This document shows positions 30,401 through 38,756 of a stretch of 64,000 nt of DNA, piece after piece. The position numbers and the translations under genes are program-made. Below the pieces are notes generated by a model. The model saw nothing but the letters and a program-made list of their open reading frames with translations, was not told the origin of the DNA and did not search any database. The DNA comes from Sphingomonas sp. (GTDB lineage Bacteria > Pseudomonadota > Alphaproteobacteria > Sphingomonadales > Sphingomonadaceae). The stretch covers positions 118,235-182,234 of the forward strand of contig NZ_JBOHHW010000002.1 of NCBI RefSeq assembly GCF_050725575.1, written 5' to 3'. Numbering within the stretch: the stretch's first letter is position 1; the number at the start of each line of letters is the position of its first letter.

Positions 30401-33196
30401 CCGGCGCCGCGCGGTCAGCACCTTGCGGCTGTACAGCGCGACCGAAATTTTCTGGTTGGCGATCGGCTTGTTCGAGGTGTCGAGCGCGACGAAGCGCAGG
30501 CGCAGATCGTCCTGCTTCATCAGCCAGCCATCGGTCTTCACGCCGAGCTGCACCGCCGAGGCATAGATCGGGATGCGCCGCGACGCGGTCAGCACTTCGC
30601 CATTGGCGTCCTGATAATCCATCTCGACCAGCATATCGGCGCCGTTTTCGAGCGCCGGCACGTCAATCGTGGTGCGCGAGGTGCCGTCGCCGCCAAGCGT
30701 CGCGGGGAGCGTCTGAGTCGGCGGCAGTGGCGTCGATTGCTCCTCGCCATCGCCATTGAGCGGCTTCACGCCTTCCTTGATGTCCTCGCCGCCGAAGCTG
30801 AACGCTTCATAGCCCTCGGGATTGGCGCTGCGCCCGAACCAGCCGACGCGCATATCGACCGCAAGGTTCGACGCACCGCCACCCGAGAGATAGCCGACGA
30901 ACAGGTCGAGCGGCATGGTCTTGGGGCGGATTGCGGCTTCCTTCGGACCGGTCACGGTCGCGCGCATCGTCGGCAGCTTGTATTCGTCGACCTTGAACGA
31001 CTGGCCGGTATAGATCGTGCGGTCCCCGGTGATCACCTGCAGGTCGTAATCGCCCATCGGCGCGCCCTGCGGCGCACTCCATTCGGTCTCGCCCACGCCG
31101 CTGTCGTCGATCGTCAGCGGCAGGTCGAACTGGGTGTCCGAACCGCGATGCGACAGGCGCAGCGTGCCGGTAAAGGCGGGCGTCTTTTCAAAGCCGTTAC
31201 CGATCGGCTTGCGCACGATATGCTTCATATGGACCGTCTCGCCCTGGCGGACGAGCGCGCGATCGAACACGGTGTGGAGGATTTCCGACTTGGCTTCGTA
31301 GCCATAGGGCAAGTCGAAATCATAGGGCCGGATGCCGTCGCCCCAGGCGGTCAGGGTGAAGCTGAAATCGTCGCCGGCGCGGGCCGAGATCATCAGCGGT
31401 CCGGTATTGCCATTGTCGCAGCTGCCATAGGTTTGCGGCTCGGGCAGGCCGGGCGGCACGAACAGCCCGCCGGCCTTATCGGTCACGCCGCGCGCGAGCA
31501 GCCGGCCGCTGCAGCTGTCGGTGATGCGCACCTCGGCATCGGCCATTGGCTTGCCGCTATCGAGCTGAGTCACCCAGGCAAGGCTGCGTTCGCGGCCCCA
31601 TTTGAAATGCACCGCCATGTTGGTGACCAGAGCGGCGCTGGCAACATAGCGCGGCGCCTTGCGCCCGAGCAGCGCCTGGCCAAGCACGGGACTGGCCAGC
31701 TCCACGACATAGAATCCGGGCTTGGCCAGGTTGATCCCGACGACCTCGAAATCCTTGCCCTTGCCGGGCAGCGGCACTTTCAGCGCCGTGGCCGACCCGC
31801 CGGCGAGGATTGGCGCCGCACCGGTATTGTTGATGCGGAGGTCTTCCCCGCCGCGCTTGATCGTCTCCGATTTTTCGTCATCGGCGTCGTCGACGATGCG
31901 CAGCCAGTTGGCGATCTGTCCGTCCGATGCCTCGACGCGCAGGCTTTGCCCGGCAACGGCAAGATTCGAACCCTGCAGGCTATCCTCGATATTGCGCACG
32001 GTGACCGGCAGGATGCCGCCCTCCTTCGCCTCGATGATGCCGAAGGGGGCGGCGAATTTCACCAGCGGCGGCGCTTCGTCGAACCGGACGTCGAGCGGGA
32101 AGCGCTCGGCATTGGCGAGCGGGCGGCCGCTTTCGTCCTTGAGACCCGCCGGCAGTGTCAGTTTCGCGGCGGTCGATGCCGGTAGCGGTGCGGCGAAGTC
32201 GATATCGCTGATCGTCGCCTTTTTCTTGTCGTCGTCATCGAACACCGGCGCGATCGTCTTGCCGTCGGCAGTGGTGATGCTGATCTGCTGCGCGTCGGTC
32301 ATCGCGATCGGCGCGGTGAAGCGGACATGCGCCTTTTCGACCGGCGAACAGCCCGCCTGGGCATTGACGCGGCTGCATTCGAAGCGCGCCGTGAACGGCT
32401 TGCGCACGGTATAGTCGAAGCGCTGATCGGCGCCCGCCAGCTTGCCGCCGGCGCCGGCAATGTTCGCGCCCCAGACCAGCGCGACATCGCGGCCGGGGGG
32501 CAGCGGACGGCGGCATTTGAGCGCGGTCACGCCTTCATAGGCCTTGGCGCGGTCCGCCGCCGAAGCGGGCACCGAGGCCGGCAGTCCAGCCGTTTCCAGG
32601 AAGCTGCGCACGTTCCAATTGTCGGTGCCCATCTTGCCGAGCAATTCGCCCGGCAGGCTGGCGGGCAGCACATCGACCGGAATCTTCTCACCGATGCCCT
32701 CGACCGAGCAATAGGCATTGGCGCCGACCGACGCGGCGGTCGCGGGCAGATTGGCGGCGACCAGGAAGGTCTGGTCCTCCTCGATCTCGCCGTCATAACG
32801 CTCCGGCAGGACAGCGCGGGCGACCGGCCCGCCGCTATCGACCTTGAAGCTTTGCTGGCCGGTAACGGCATAGCCCGACACGCTTTTCAGTCCGCCCTTG
32901 AGCTTGAACTCGCAGGTGGTACCGCCGGGCAGGCCGTTCTTGAATTCATGCACGAAGGTCTGCGGGTCGACCCAGCGGCCTTCGCCCGCGACCGGGCAGG
33001 TCACGTCGAACGGGCCGGTCGCGCGCGGATCGCCCAAAGCGACCATTGGCTGGCTGAAACGTGCGGTGAAGCGTTCGATCGCGCCGCCGCCAATGCCGGG
33101 TGTGGCAAGGATGACCTGGGGACTATTATCCCCAAAAGCCGCGACCGGTGCGAGCGCGAGGCCCAGCAGAGTGAGACGAATTGCCAGCTTCATCAA
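27401..33196 (-). CDS. bacterial alpha-2-macroglobulin family protein
   Basis: 1931 aa. Signal peptide, repeated MG domains, and a thioester-type motif YPYECFEQT (C-x-E-Q). Confidence 0.92.
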   Translation of the reverse strand: MMKLAIRLTLLGLALAPVAAFGDNSPQVILATPGIGGGAIERFTARFSQPMVALGDPRATGPFDVTCPVAGEGRWVDPQTFVHEFKNGLPGGTTCEFKLKGGLKSVSGYAVTGQQSFKVDSGGPVARAVLPERYDGEIEEDQTFLVAANLPATAASVGANAYCSVEGIGEKIPVDVLPASLPGELLGKMGTDNWNVRSFLETAGLPASVPASAADRAKAYEGVTALKCRRPLPPGRDVALVWGANIAGAGGKLAGADQRFDYTVRKPFTARFECSRVNAQAGCSPVEKAHVRFTAPIAMTDAQQISITTADGKTIAPVFDDDDKKKATISDIDFAAPLPASTAAKLTLPAGLKDESGRPLANAERFPLDVRFDEAPPLVKFAAPFGIIEAKEGGILPVTVRNIEDSLQGSNLAVAGQSLRVEASDGQIANWLRIVDDADDEKSETIKRGGEDLRINNTGAAPILAGGSATALKVPLPGKGKDFEVVGINLAKPGFYVVELASPVLGQALLGRKAPRYVASAALVTNMAVHFKWGRERSLAWVTQLDSGKPMADAEVRITDSCSGRLLARGVTDKAGGLFVPPGLPEPQTYGSCDNGNTGPLMISARAGDDFSFTLTAWGDGIRPYDFDLPYGYEAKSEILHTVFDRALVRQGETVHMKHIVRKPIGNGFEKTPAFTGTLRLSHRGSDTQFDLPLTIDDSGVGETEWSAPQGAPMGDYDLQVITGDRTIYTGQSFKVDEYKLPTMRATVTGPKEAAIRPKTMPLDLFVGYLSGGGASNLAVDMRVGWFGRSANPEGYEAFSFGGEDIKEGVKPLNGDGEEQSTPLPPTQTLPATLGGDGTSRTTIDVPALENGADMLVEMDYQDANGEVLTASRRIPIYASAVQLGVKTDGWLMKQDDLRLRFVALDTSNKPIANQKISVALYSRKVLTARRRLIGGFYAYDNQMRTEKLSATCSATTDAQGLAQCSADPGVSGEVYAVATTSDANGNVARATRSVWLAGDDDWWFGGDNGDRMDVVPERTDYKAGETARFQVRMPFREATALVTVEREGVLSSFVTTLSGKDPVVEVKMPGSYAPDVFVSVMAVRGRVQSGFWSWVNGIAQSLGLASGPPEGQEPTALVDLAKPAYRLGIAKVKVGWDTHKLQVAVKADKERYAARDTAQVDVQVNAPDGKPAATADVAFVAVDEALLQLAPNDSWDLLTAMMGERSLSVLTSTAQMQVVGKRHYGRKAVEAGGGGGGDLSGLNRENFQPVLLWKGRVTLDAKGRARIPVPLSDALSSFKLVAIATDGADLFGTGMAAVRTAQDLSIFAGMPTLVRSGDFYAAAFTLRNGSDKPMKVTATVDVSPRVAEGRPLTVTIPAGGAVPVAWNLTAPENIATLRWQVKAVADGKKAVDQITVSQDVIPAVPVEVWAATLARVGTDTSIAIAPPAGALPGRGVVDIRLDDTLQPPLQGVRAFMTAYPYECFEQTLSRAVALGDGGAWTRLAASIPTYQASDGLLRYWPSDSLTGSEALTAYVLSMTAEAGLPIPEAPRTRMIEAMKAVLDGRLRHEQYGDVRLQRVAALTALARQGAASPGMLGQLGIPPNEMPTSMLADYLVALDRIPGIANAAALKSNAESVLRTRLVYEGTRLDLSDQSNAPWWLMSSGDEASIKAVIATLGRPGWQDDAPKMMVGVSLRQLRGHWDTTTANAWGTIAARKFGELYPASAITGPTTLSLGSGTVTRSWPLAVDLRKASFPLPAVTTPLKMAQAGSAGPWAMVSVSAAVPLKQPLFAGYKMAKKTEIVQARTPGTLTRGDVVKVTITVEASAERNWVVVNDPIPAGATIVGNLGGQSQILAGQAKAGDGESFTAADGDGKLWDVQVGVQASYVERRRDSWRGYFAWVPRGSFTIVYLMRMNGAGRFSLPPTRVEAMYSPAIRAQLPNAPVTVAQR

Positions 33197-33323
33197 ACGC
33201 TCCCCTTAGGCAGCGGGACGCTAAAGCGTCGGGCGCAGTGAAGTCCAGTACCGATTTCTCAGGCCGATTTTCTGAATAGGGCCGCTTCCGCCTGTCGCGC
33301 GAACAGGATAGTCATCATCGGCA

Positions 33324-34238
33324 ATGGATCTTTACCTGCCCATCGCCAATTTGTCGGTCAATGCGCTCGTCATCATCCTGCTTGGCGGCGGGGTCGGCAT
33401 CCTGTCGGGCATGTTCGGGGTCGGCGGCGGATTCCTGACCACACCGCTGCTGATCGTCTATGGCATTCCGCCGACCGTCGCTGCCGCATCCGCCGCGAGC
33501 CAGGTGACCGGCGCGAGCGTATCAGGGGTGTTCGCGCATGTCCGGCGCAAGGGCGTCGATTTCAAGATGGGCGGGGTGCTGGTCGCGGGCGGCGTGGTCG
33601 GCTCCTTTGCCGGGGCGGGGATCTTCCGGCTGCTCCAGGCGAGCGGCCAGATCGATACGGTGATCGCGGTGGTCTATGTCCTGCTGCTCGGGTCGATCGG
33701 CGGGCTGATGGCACGTGAATCGCTCCAGGCGATCAGCGCGTCACGCGGTGGCACCGCGCCCCAGGCACGCAAGCGCCGGCACCATCCGCTGGTCGCCGCG
33801 CTGCCGCTCCGGACGCGTTTCTATGCCTCGGGCCTCTATATTTCGCCGCTCGCGCCGTTGCTGCTCGGCTTCTTCACCGGCATCCTGACCATATTGCTCG
33901 GGGTCGGTGGCGGCTTCATCCTGGTGCCGGCGATGCTCTATCTGCTTGGTATGGGGACTCAGGTGGTGGTCGGCACATCGCTGTTCCAGACGCTGTTCGT
34001 GACGGCTGCCGCGACCATGGTCCATGCGACGACGACCAAGGCGGTCGATATCGTGCTGGCGGTGCTGCTGCTGCTCGGCTCGGTGGTCGGCGCGCAGGTC
34101 GGCGCACGCTTTGCCAATCGGGTGAAGCCCGAATATCTCCGCTTCGCGCTTGCCATCATCGTGCTGCTGGTCGCGGTCCGGATCGCGATCGGGCTCGGCT
34201 GGCGGCCCGACGAAATTTATTCGGTCGAATTGTCATGA
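33324..34238 (+). CDS. TauE/SafE (TSUP) family membrane transporter
   Basis: 304 aa, polytopic, with GVGGGF repeated in both halves. Confidence 0.85.
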   Translation: MDLYLPIANLSVNALVIILLGGGVGILSGMFGVGGGFLTTPLLIVYGIPPTVAAASAASQVTGASVSGVFAHVRRKGVDFKMGGVLVAGGVVGSFAGAGIFRLLQASGQIDTVIAVVYVLLLGSIGGLMARESLQAISASRGGTAPQARKRRHHPLVAALPLRTRFYASGLYISPLAPLLLGFFTGILTILLGVGGGFILVPAMLYLLGMGTQVVVGTSLFQTLFVTAAATMVHATTTKAVDIVLAVLLLLGSVVGAQVGARFANRVKPEYLRFALAIIVLLVAVRIAIGLGWRPDEIYSVELS

Positions 34239-34993
34239 AGCGGCTGGCGCTGCTCTTGTTCGCGCCATTGCTGATGGGGCAGGCCAAGCCCGTGCTGGTA
34301 CCCGATGTTTCGCAGCGCAATATCGAGATCGCCTATTCCTTCACCGGCGCCGAACTGCTGCTGTTCGGTGCGGTTCTCTATCCCGGCGGCCGATTGCCAG
34401 GGGTCGAGAAACCGACCGATGTGGTGGTGGTGGTCAAGGGGCCGGTGCAATCGATCCTGGTGCGCGAGAAGGAAAAGGTCGCCGGTATCTGGGTCAATGC
34501 CGCGCGGCTGCGCTATCGGTCGGCGCCCAGTTTCTATGCGATCCTGTCGTCCCGGCCGATCGGCGACCTGGTCGATGACCGCACCCGCGCGATCTACGAA
34601 CTCGGCCTGGGCAGCCTGCAATTATCGCCCGCGAGTAGTGCGCCGCCCGAAGAACAGGATCGCTTCGCCAGCGGCCTGGTCGATCTCAAGCGCCGGTCCG
34701 GCCTCTATTACGAAGCGCCGCGCGCGGTCGAGATCACTGACGGCGTGCTGTACCGCGCCCGCGTCACCATCCCCGCGCGCGTGCCGGTCGGGCGCTTCAC
34801 CGCCGAAACCTTCCTGATTCGCGACGGCCGCGTGCTGGCCGCCGCGACGCGCGACATCGACATCCGCAAATCGGGTTTCGAACGCTATGTCGCGCGCGCC
34901 GCCGACAATCATTCGATCGCCTATGGCCTGGTCGCCGTCGCGCTTTCAGTGCTGTTCGGCTGGACCGCCGGCTATGTCGCGCGGCGTCTTTGA
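34235..34993 (+). CDS. TIGR02186 / Alph_Pro_TM family membrane protein
   Basis: 252 aa. Signal peptide plus a single C-terminal TM helix. ATGA overlap with the upstream TSUP gene. The sequence resembles the alphaproteobacteria-restricted family usually found next to DUF81 genes. Confidence 0.7.
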   Translation: MKRLALLLFAPLLMGQAKPVLVPDVSQRNIEIAYSFTGAELLLFGAVLYPGGRLPGVEKPTDVVVVVKGPVQSILVREKEKVAGIWVNAARLRYRSAPSFYAILSSRPIGDLVDDRTRAIYELGLGSLQLSPASSAPPEEQDRFASGLVDLKRRSGLYYEAPRAVEITDGVLYRARVTIPARVPVGRFTAETFLIRDGRVLAAATRDIDIRKSGFERYVARAADNHSIAYGLVAVALSVLFGWTAGYVARRL

Positions 34994-35092
34994 GAGAGTA
35001 CGGGCCCGTAACGACCCGCACAAATACAGTAGAACCTTATGTTTACGAGTTTGCACCATAACGCCGCGGGGTAAACCCGGGGGACCACCCAG

Positions 35093-36778
35093 ATGACGGA
35101 AATGTTGGGCAGCCAGGCTTTCGACAAGGCCGCGCCCGCAACGATGATGGCAAAGACGAAGGCCATATTGCCCGGCGCGCTGGGCGAAGCGATCGGCGTG
35201 GTGCTGGAGATCGCTGGATCGAGCAGCCAGGTGATGCTCGATCCCCGTGCGCTCGACACATTCGCGGACAGCCCCGACCCGGTCGTCGCCAGCGCCGGAT
35301 CGGTCGGCAGCCAGATCAAGATGCGCGTCGGCAGCAGCTGGCTGATCGCCAATATCCGCTCGTTGCGGCTGGTCGAAGGTGCCCAGAACCGCATCGCCGC
35401 ACAGGTCGATTTCCTCGGCGAAGGCGATGAGGAGAAGCTGACCGGCAAGCTGTACAAGTTCCGCCGCGGCGTCACGCGCTATCCTGTCCCCGGTACCCAG
35501 GTTTTCCCGGTATCGACCGCCGACCTGAAACAGGTCTACGCCGCCGACGATCGCGCTTTTATCGAGATCGGCACGGTCTACCCCACCCGCGATATCCGCG
35601 CGTCGCTCTATATCGACGCCATGCTCGGCAAGCATTTCGCGCTGCTGGGGTCGACCGGTACCGGCAAATCGACCAGTGCCGCGCTGATCCTGCACAAGAT
35701 CTGCGAACTCGCCCCGCAAGGGCATATTGTGATGGTCGATCCACACGGCGAATATGCCGCCGCGTTCAAGACCAATGGCGCGATCTTCGACGTGTCGAAC
35801 CTGCAGATGCCGTACTGGTTGATGAATTTCGAGGAACATTGCGAGGTTTTCCTGACCACGGCGGGTTCGGAGCGTCAGATCGACGCCGACATCCTCGCAA
35901 AATGCCTGTTGATGGCGCGCGCCAAGGGGCGGCTGGGGCAGGAAATCACCAAGCTCACCGTCGACGCGCCGGTCCCCTATCTGCTCAGTGACCTGACCAA
36001 TCTGATCGGCCTGGAAATGGGCAAGATGGACCGCGCCGGCGACACCGCGCCCTATCTGCGCCTGCGCACCAAGATCGAGGAGATCAAGGCCGATCCGCGC
36101 TACAGCTTCATGTTCTCCGGCATGCTGGTCGCGGACACGATGGCGAGCTTTATCGAGCGCATCTTCCGCTTGCCCGGCGACGGCAAGCCGATCTCGATCA
36201 TCGACGTATCGGGCGTACCGTCGGACATCACGTCCGTGGTGGTCGCCGTGCTGAGCCGCATGGTGTTCGACTTTGCGATCTGGTCGCGCAACGAGGCGCA
36301 GCGCCCGATCCTGCTCGTGTGCGAGGAAGCGCATCGCTACATTCCCAACGAACGCAATGCCGATACCTCGTCGGTCGGCCGTATCCTTAGCCGGATTGCC
36401 AAGGAGGGGCGCAAATATGGCGTCTCGCTCGGCCTGATCACACAGCGTCCGTCGGATCTGGCCGAAGGCGTGCTGTCGCAGTGCGGCACGATCATCTCGA
36501 TGCGGCTGAACAATGACCGCGACCAGGCGTTCGTGCGCGCCGCGATGCCCGAAGGCGCGCGCGGCTTTCTCGATTCGATCCCCGCACTGCGCAACCGCGA
36601 ATGCATCATCTGCGGCGAGGGTGTCGCCATTCCGATCCGCGTGTCGTTCGACGGGCTGGAAGAGAATAAGCGCCCGGCATCGGACGATCCGCTCTTCTCC
36701 GAATTGTGGCGCGAAGTCGGGTCGGAGGATCAGATCATCGGCCGCACGATCAAGCGCTGGCGCTCGCAGGGGCGGTAA
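35093..36778 (+). CDS. HerA/DUF87-type ATPase
   Basis: 561 aa. N-terminal HAS-barrel-like region, Walker A LLGSTGTGKST, Walker B ILLVCEEAHRY, and C-terminal ITQRPSDL. Confidence 0.85.
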   Translation: MTEMLGSQAFDKAAPATMMAKTKAILPGALGEAIGVVLEIAGSSSQVMLDPRALDTFADSPDPVVASAGSVGSQIKMRVGSSWLIANIRSLRLVEGAQNRIAAQVDFLGEGDEEKLTGKLYKFRRGVTRYPVPGTQVFPVSTADLKQVYAADDRAFIEIGTVYPTRDIRASLYIDAMLGKHFALLGSTGTGKSTSAALILHKICELAPQGHIVMVDPHGEYAAAFKTNGAIFDVSNLQMPYWLMNFEEHCEVFLTTAGSERQIDADILAKCLLMARAKGRLGQEITKLTVDAPVPYLLSDLTNLIGLEMGKMDRAGDTAPYLRLRTKIEEIKADPRYSFMFSGMLVADTMASFIERIFRLPGDGKPISIIDVSGVPSDITSVVVAVLSRMVFDFAIWSRNEAQRPILLVCEEAHRYIPNERNADTSSVGRILSRIAKEGRKYGVSLGLITQRPSDLAEGVLSQCGTIISMRLNNDRDQAFVRAAMPEGARGFLDSIPALRNRECIICGEGVAIPIRVSFDGLEENKRPASDDPLFSELWREVGSEDQIIGRTIKRWRSQGR

Positions 36779-36806
36779 TCGGGCGTTTCGATCACCCTCG
36801 ACCAGA

Positions 36807-36902
36807 CGAGATATGGGACACCGGTTGTTGCGTATCTTCGGGCGGGCTTTGGACGATCGAATCACGCGGTCGGATGGGCGGTCGAGTGAGATATGGGACA
36901 CC
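36807..36902 (+). repeat. two 15-bp direct repeats GAGATATGGGACACC
   Basis: Copies at 36808-36822 and 36888-36902, read in different frames by every ORF crossing them. A loosely related inverted ATGGGATAT lies at 36936-36948. Confidence 0.6.
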
Positions 36903-36963
36903 CCCAGTCGCACATCTCCGGCGTCCGCCATGGCGACATATCCCATGTGAATCAATGACTTAG

Positions 36964-37008
36964 AAGAATTTCAATAGTGCCGCCTCGTCACGGGACAAGA
37001 GGAGGCAC
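36964..37008 (-). terminator. probable intrinsic terminator of the M23 peptidase gene
   Basis: On the minus strand: GTGCCTCCTC-ttgtcccgtgac-GAGGCGGCAC (9/10 bp) followed by tattgaaattctt. Confidence 0.45.
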
Positions 37009-37032
37009 GGCCGGCTACGAACCAGCGAACCG

Positions 37033-38547
37033 TCAGCGGCCGCCGGGACGGACCGACATCAGCGACGCGACGCGCGCCTTGAAGGCCTTGAGCGTTGCGC
37101 CCGACAGCTGCGCCATGGTGGTGAACGAGACCGAACGCGGGTTGATCGCCACGCCGTTCTTCCACAATTCATAATGAAGATGCGGCCCGGTCGACATGCC
37201 GGTCGAGCCGACATAGCCGATCACCTGGCCGCGCGCGACGCGTGTGCCCGGGCGCACCGCAATGCGGCTCATATGGCCATAGCCAGTGGCCATGCCGCCG
37301 CCATGCATTAGCTTCACGAAATTGCCATAGCCGCCATTGCGCCCGGCCAGCGCCACCACGCCGTCCATCGCGGCATAGATTGGCGAGCCATAAGCGGCCG
37401 CGATATCGAGCCCCTTGTGCATCCGCGCGGTACGCAGAATCGGATGGATGCGAATGCCGAAGCCGGAGGTCAACCGACCGGCGACCGGCATGCCCATCGT
37501 GCCGCGACGCTCGCCCACGCCATTGGCCTCGAACCATTGTTCGCGGCCTTGGTCGCCCCATTTGACCAGCTGGATCTTCTTGCGGCCCTGATCGAGACCC
37601 GCATACATCAGCTCGCCGAGCTGGACTTCGCCGGTCGCGGCGCGCGCCTGTTTGAGCACGAAGTCGAAGGTATCGGCGGATCCCACATCGCGGCCGATCG
37701 AGATGCGCGACGCGATCGCCTTGATATAGGCTTCGACTGCCTTGGCCGGAGCGCCGGCGGCGCGCGCCGAGCGGTACAGGCTCGATCCCACCAGCCCCTG
37801 GATGCGCAGCGGCGTATGGTCGACGGCAATTGCCTGACGAGTCAAAGCGAGCGTGTCGCCATTGCGGTTAAGCAGAACCTTGAGATCGAACTTGGCGCGG
37901 AATGCCAGTTTTTCGAGCGGACGAGCGACGGTGCGGTCGGGGCGACGCCCGAGCGTCATGTCGATCCGTGTGCCCGGCCGGATGTCGCCGAGCGCGATCG
38001 CGCCCGAAACCAGCTGCGCCGCATCACCGGCATCCGCCCTGGAGACGCCGGCGCGCTCAAGCGCACGCGCGAAGCTGTCGCCCTGGCCAAAGGTCAGCAC
38101 GACATCCTGAATCGGGCGTTCCGGGCGTTCGGCAAGCGGTGCGACCATGTCATTCGCCGCCATGTGCCGGCCGGTCGCCGCCCCCCAGGCAAGCGGCGCG
38201 ATCGACTGAGCGCGCGCCTCGTCCCATTCGCTGCCCGACAGCGGCGGCGGAACATCGCCGAGGACCGGGCGATCGAAGCCGGGCGACAACAGGCAGGTCG
38301 TGGCGATCAGCGCGGTGCACGTCGCAGCGCCGCGCCACCAGTCGGCCGAGCCGATCTGCGATCCGAGATCGGGCGCCCAGTCGATCCGGGCAATGGCCGC
38401 GCGAAGCCGGTCAAGGGTCGAGGGCATCGCGGGAACGAACGCGGCGCGGCCGAACGACAGGGTAGCCGTGCCACCTGCCTGATCCAATCCATGATCGCTG
38501 CGTAAAAACAAGGCGATAGTTCCCCCACGCCACTCGTCGCCGCTCAC
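37033..38547 (-). CDS. M23 family (LytM-domain) metallopeptidase
   Basis: 504 aa. HKGLDIAA...GYGHMS...STGPHLHYE zinc-binding motifs, with an N-terminal TM segment. Confidence 0.88.
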   Translation of the reverse strand: MSGDEWRGGTIALFLRSDHGLDQAGGTATLSFGRAAFVPAMPSTLDRLRAAIARIDWAPDLGSQIGSADWWRGAATCTALIATTCLLSPGFDRPVLGDVPPPLSGSEWDEARAQSIAPLAWGAATGRHMAANDMVAPLAERPERPIQDVVLTFGQGDSFARALERAGVSRADAGDAAQLVSGAIALGDIRPGTRIDMTLGRRPDRTVARPLEKLAFRAKFDLKVLLNRNGDTLALTRQAIAVDHTPLRIQGLVGSSLYRSARAAGAPAKAVEAYIKAIASRISIGRDVGSADTFDFVLKQARAATGEVQLGELMYAGLDQGRKKIQLVKWGDQGREQWFEANGVGERRGTMGMPVAGRLTSGFGIRIHPILRTARMHKGLDIAAAYGSPIYAAMDGVVALAGRNGGYGNFVKLMHGGGMATGYGHMSRIAVRPGTRVARGQVIGYVGSTGMSTGPHLHYELWKNGVAINPRSVSFTTMAQLSGATLKAFKARVASLMSVRPGGR

Positions 38548-38756
38548 CCCCGGGCTCGCGTCGACTGACTGTGGCGCGGAAATACTAAAGTCAAATTAAG
38601 GAATGTTCCGTAGCCAAAGCCGTAAGGTCAACCGTTCAGACGCTGCGGCGAAGCGATTTTTTTACCGGAACTTTCAACCATCTTAATTGCTTGGCCGCGA
38701 TTTCCGCTTTGACCGGGTTGCGCCGGCGCGGCACTGCGACGATGTTCGTCATTGCC

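Noticed and set aside
28544-32185. 1213-aa ORF on the + strand
   Set aside because: It lies entirely antisense to the alpha-2-macroglobulin gene. Its composition is the R/A/G/D-rich pattern of shadow ORFs in GC-rich DNA, and it has no recognisable motif. The same applies to 34946-36955(-), 38628-40328(-), 48743-50671(-), 19380-20744(-), 20802-22028(-), 12410-13453(-), 14460-15833(+) and 10049-11065(+).
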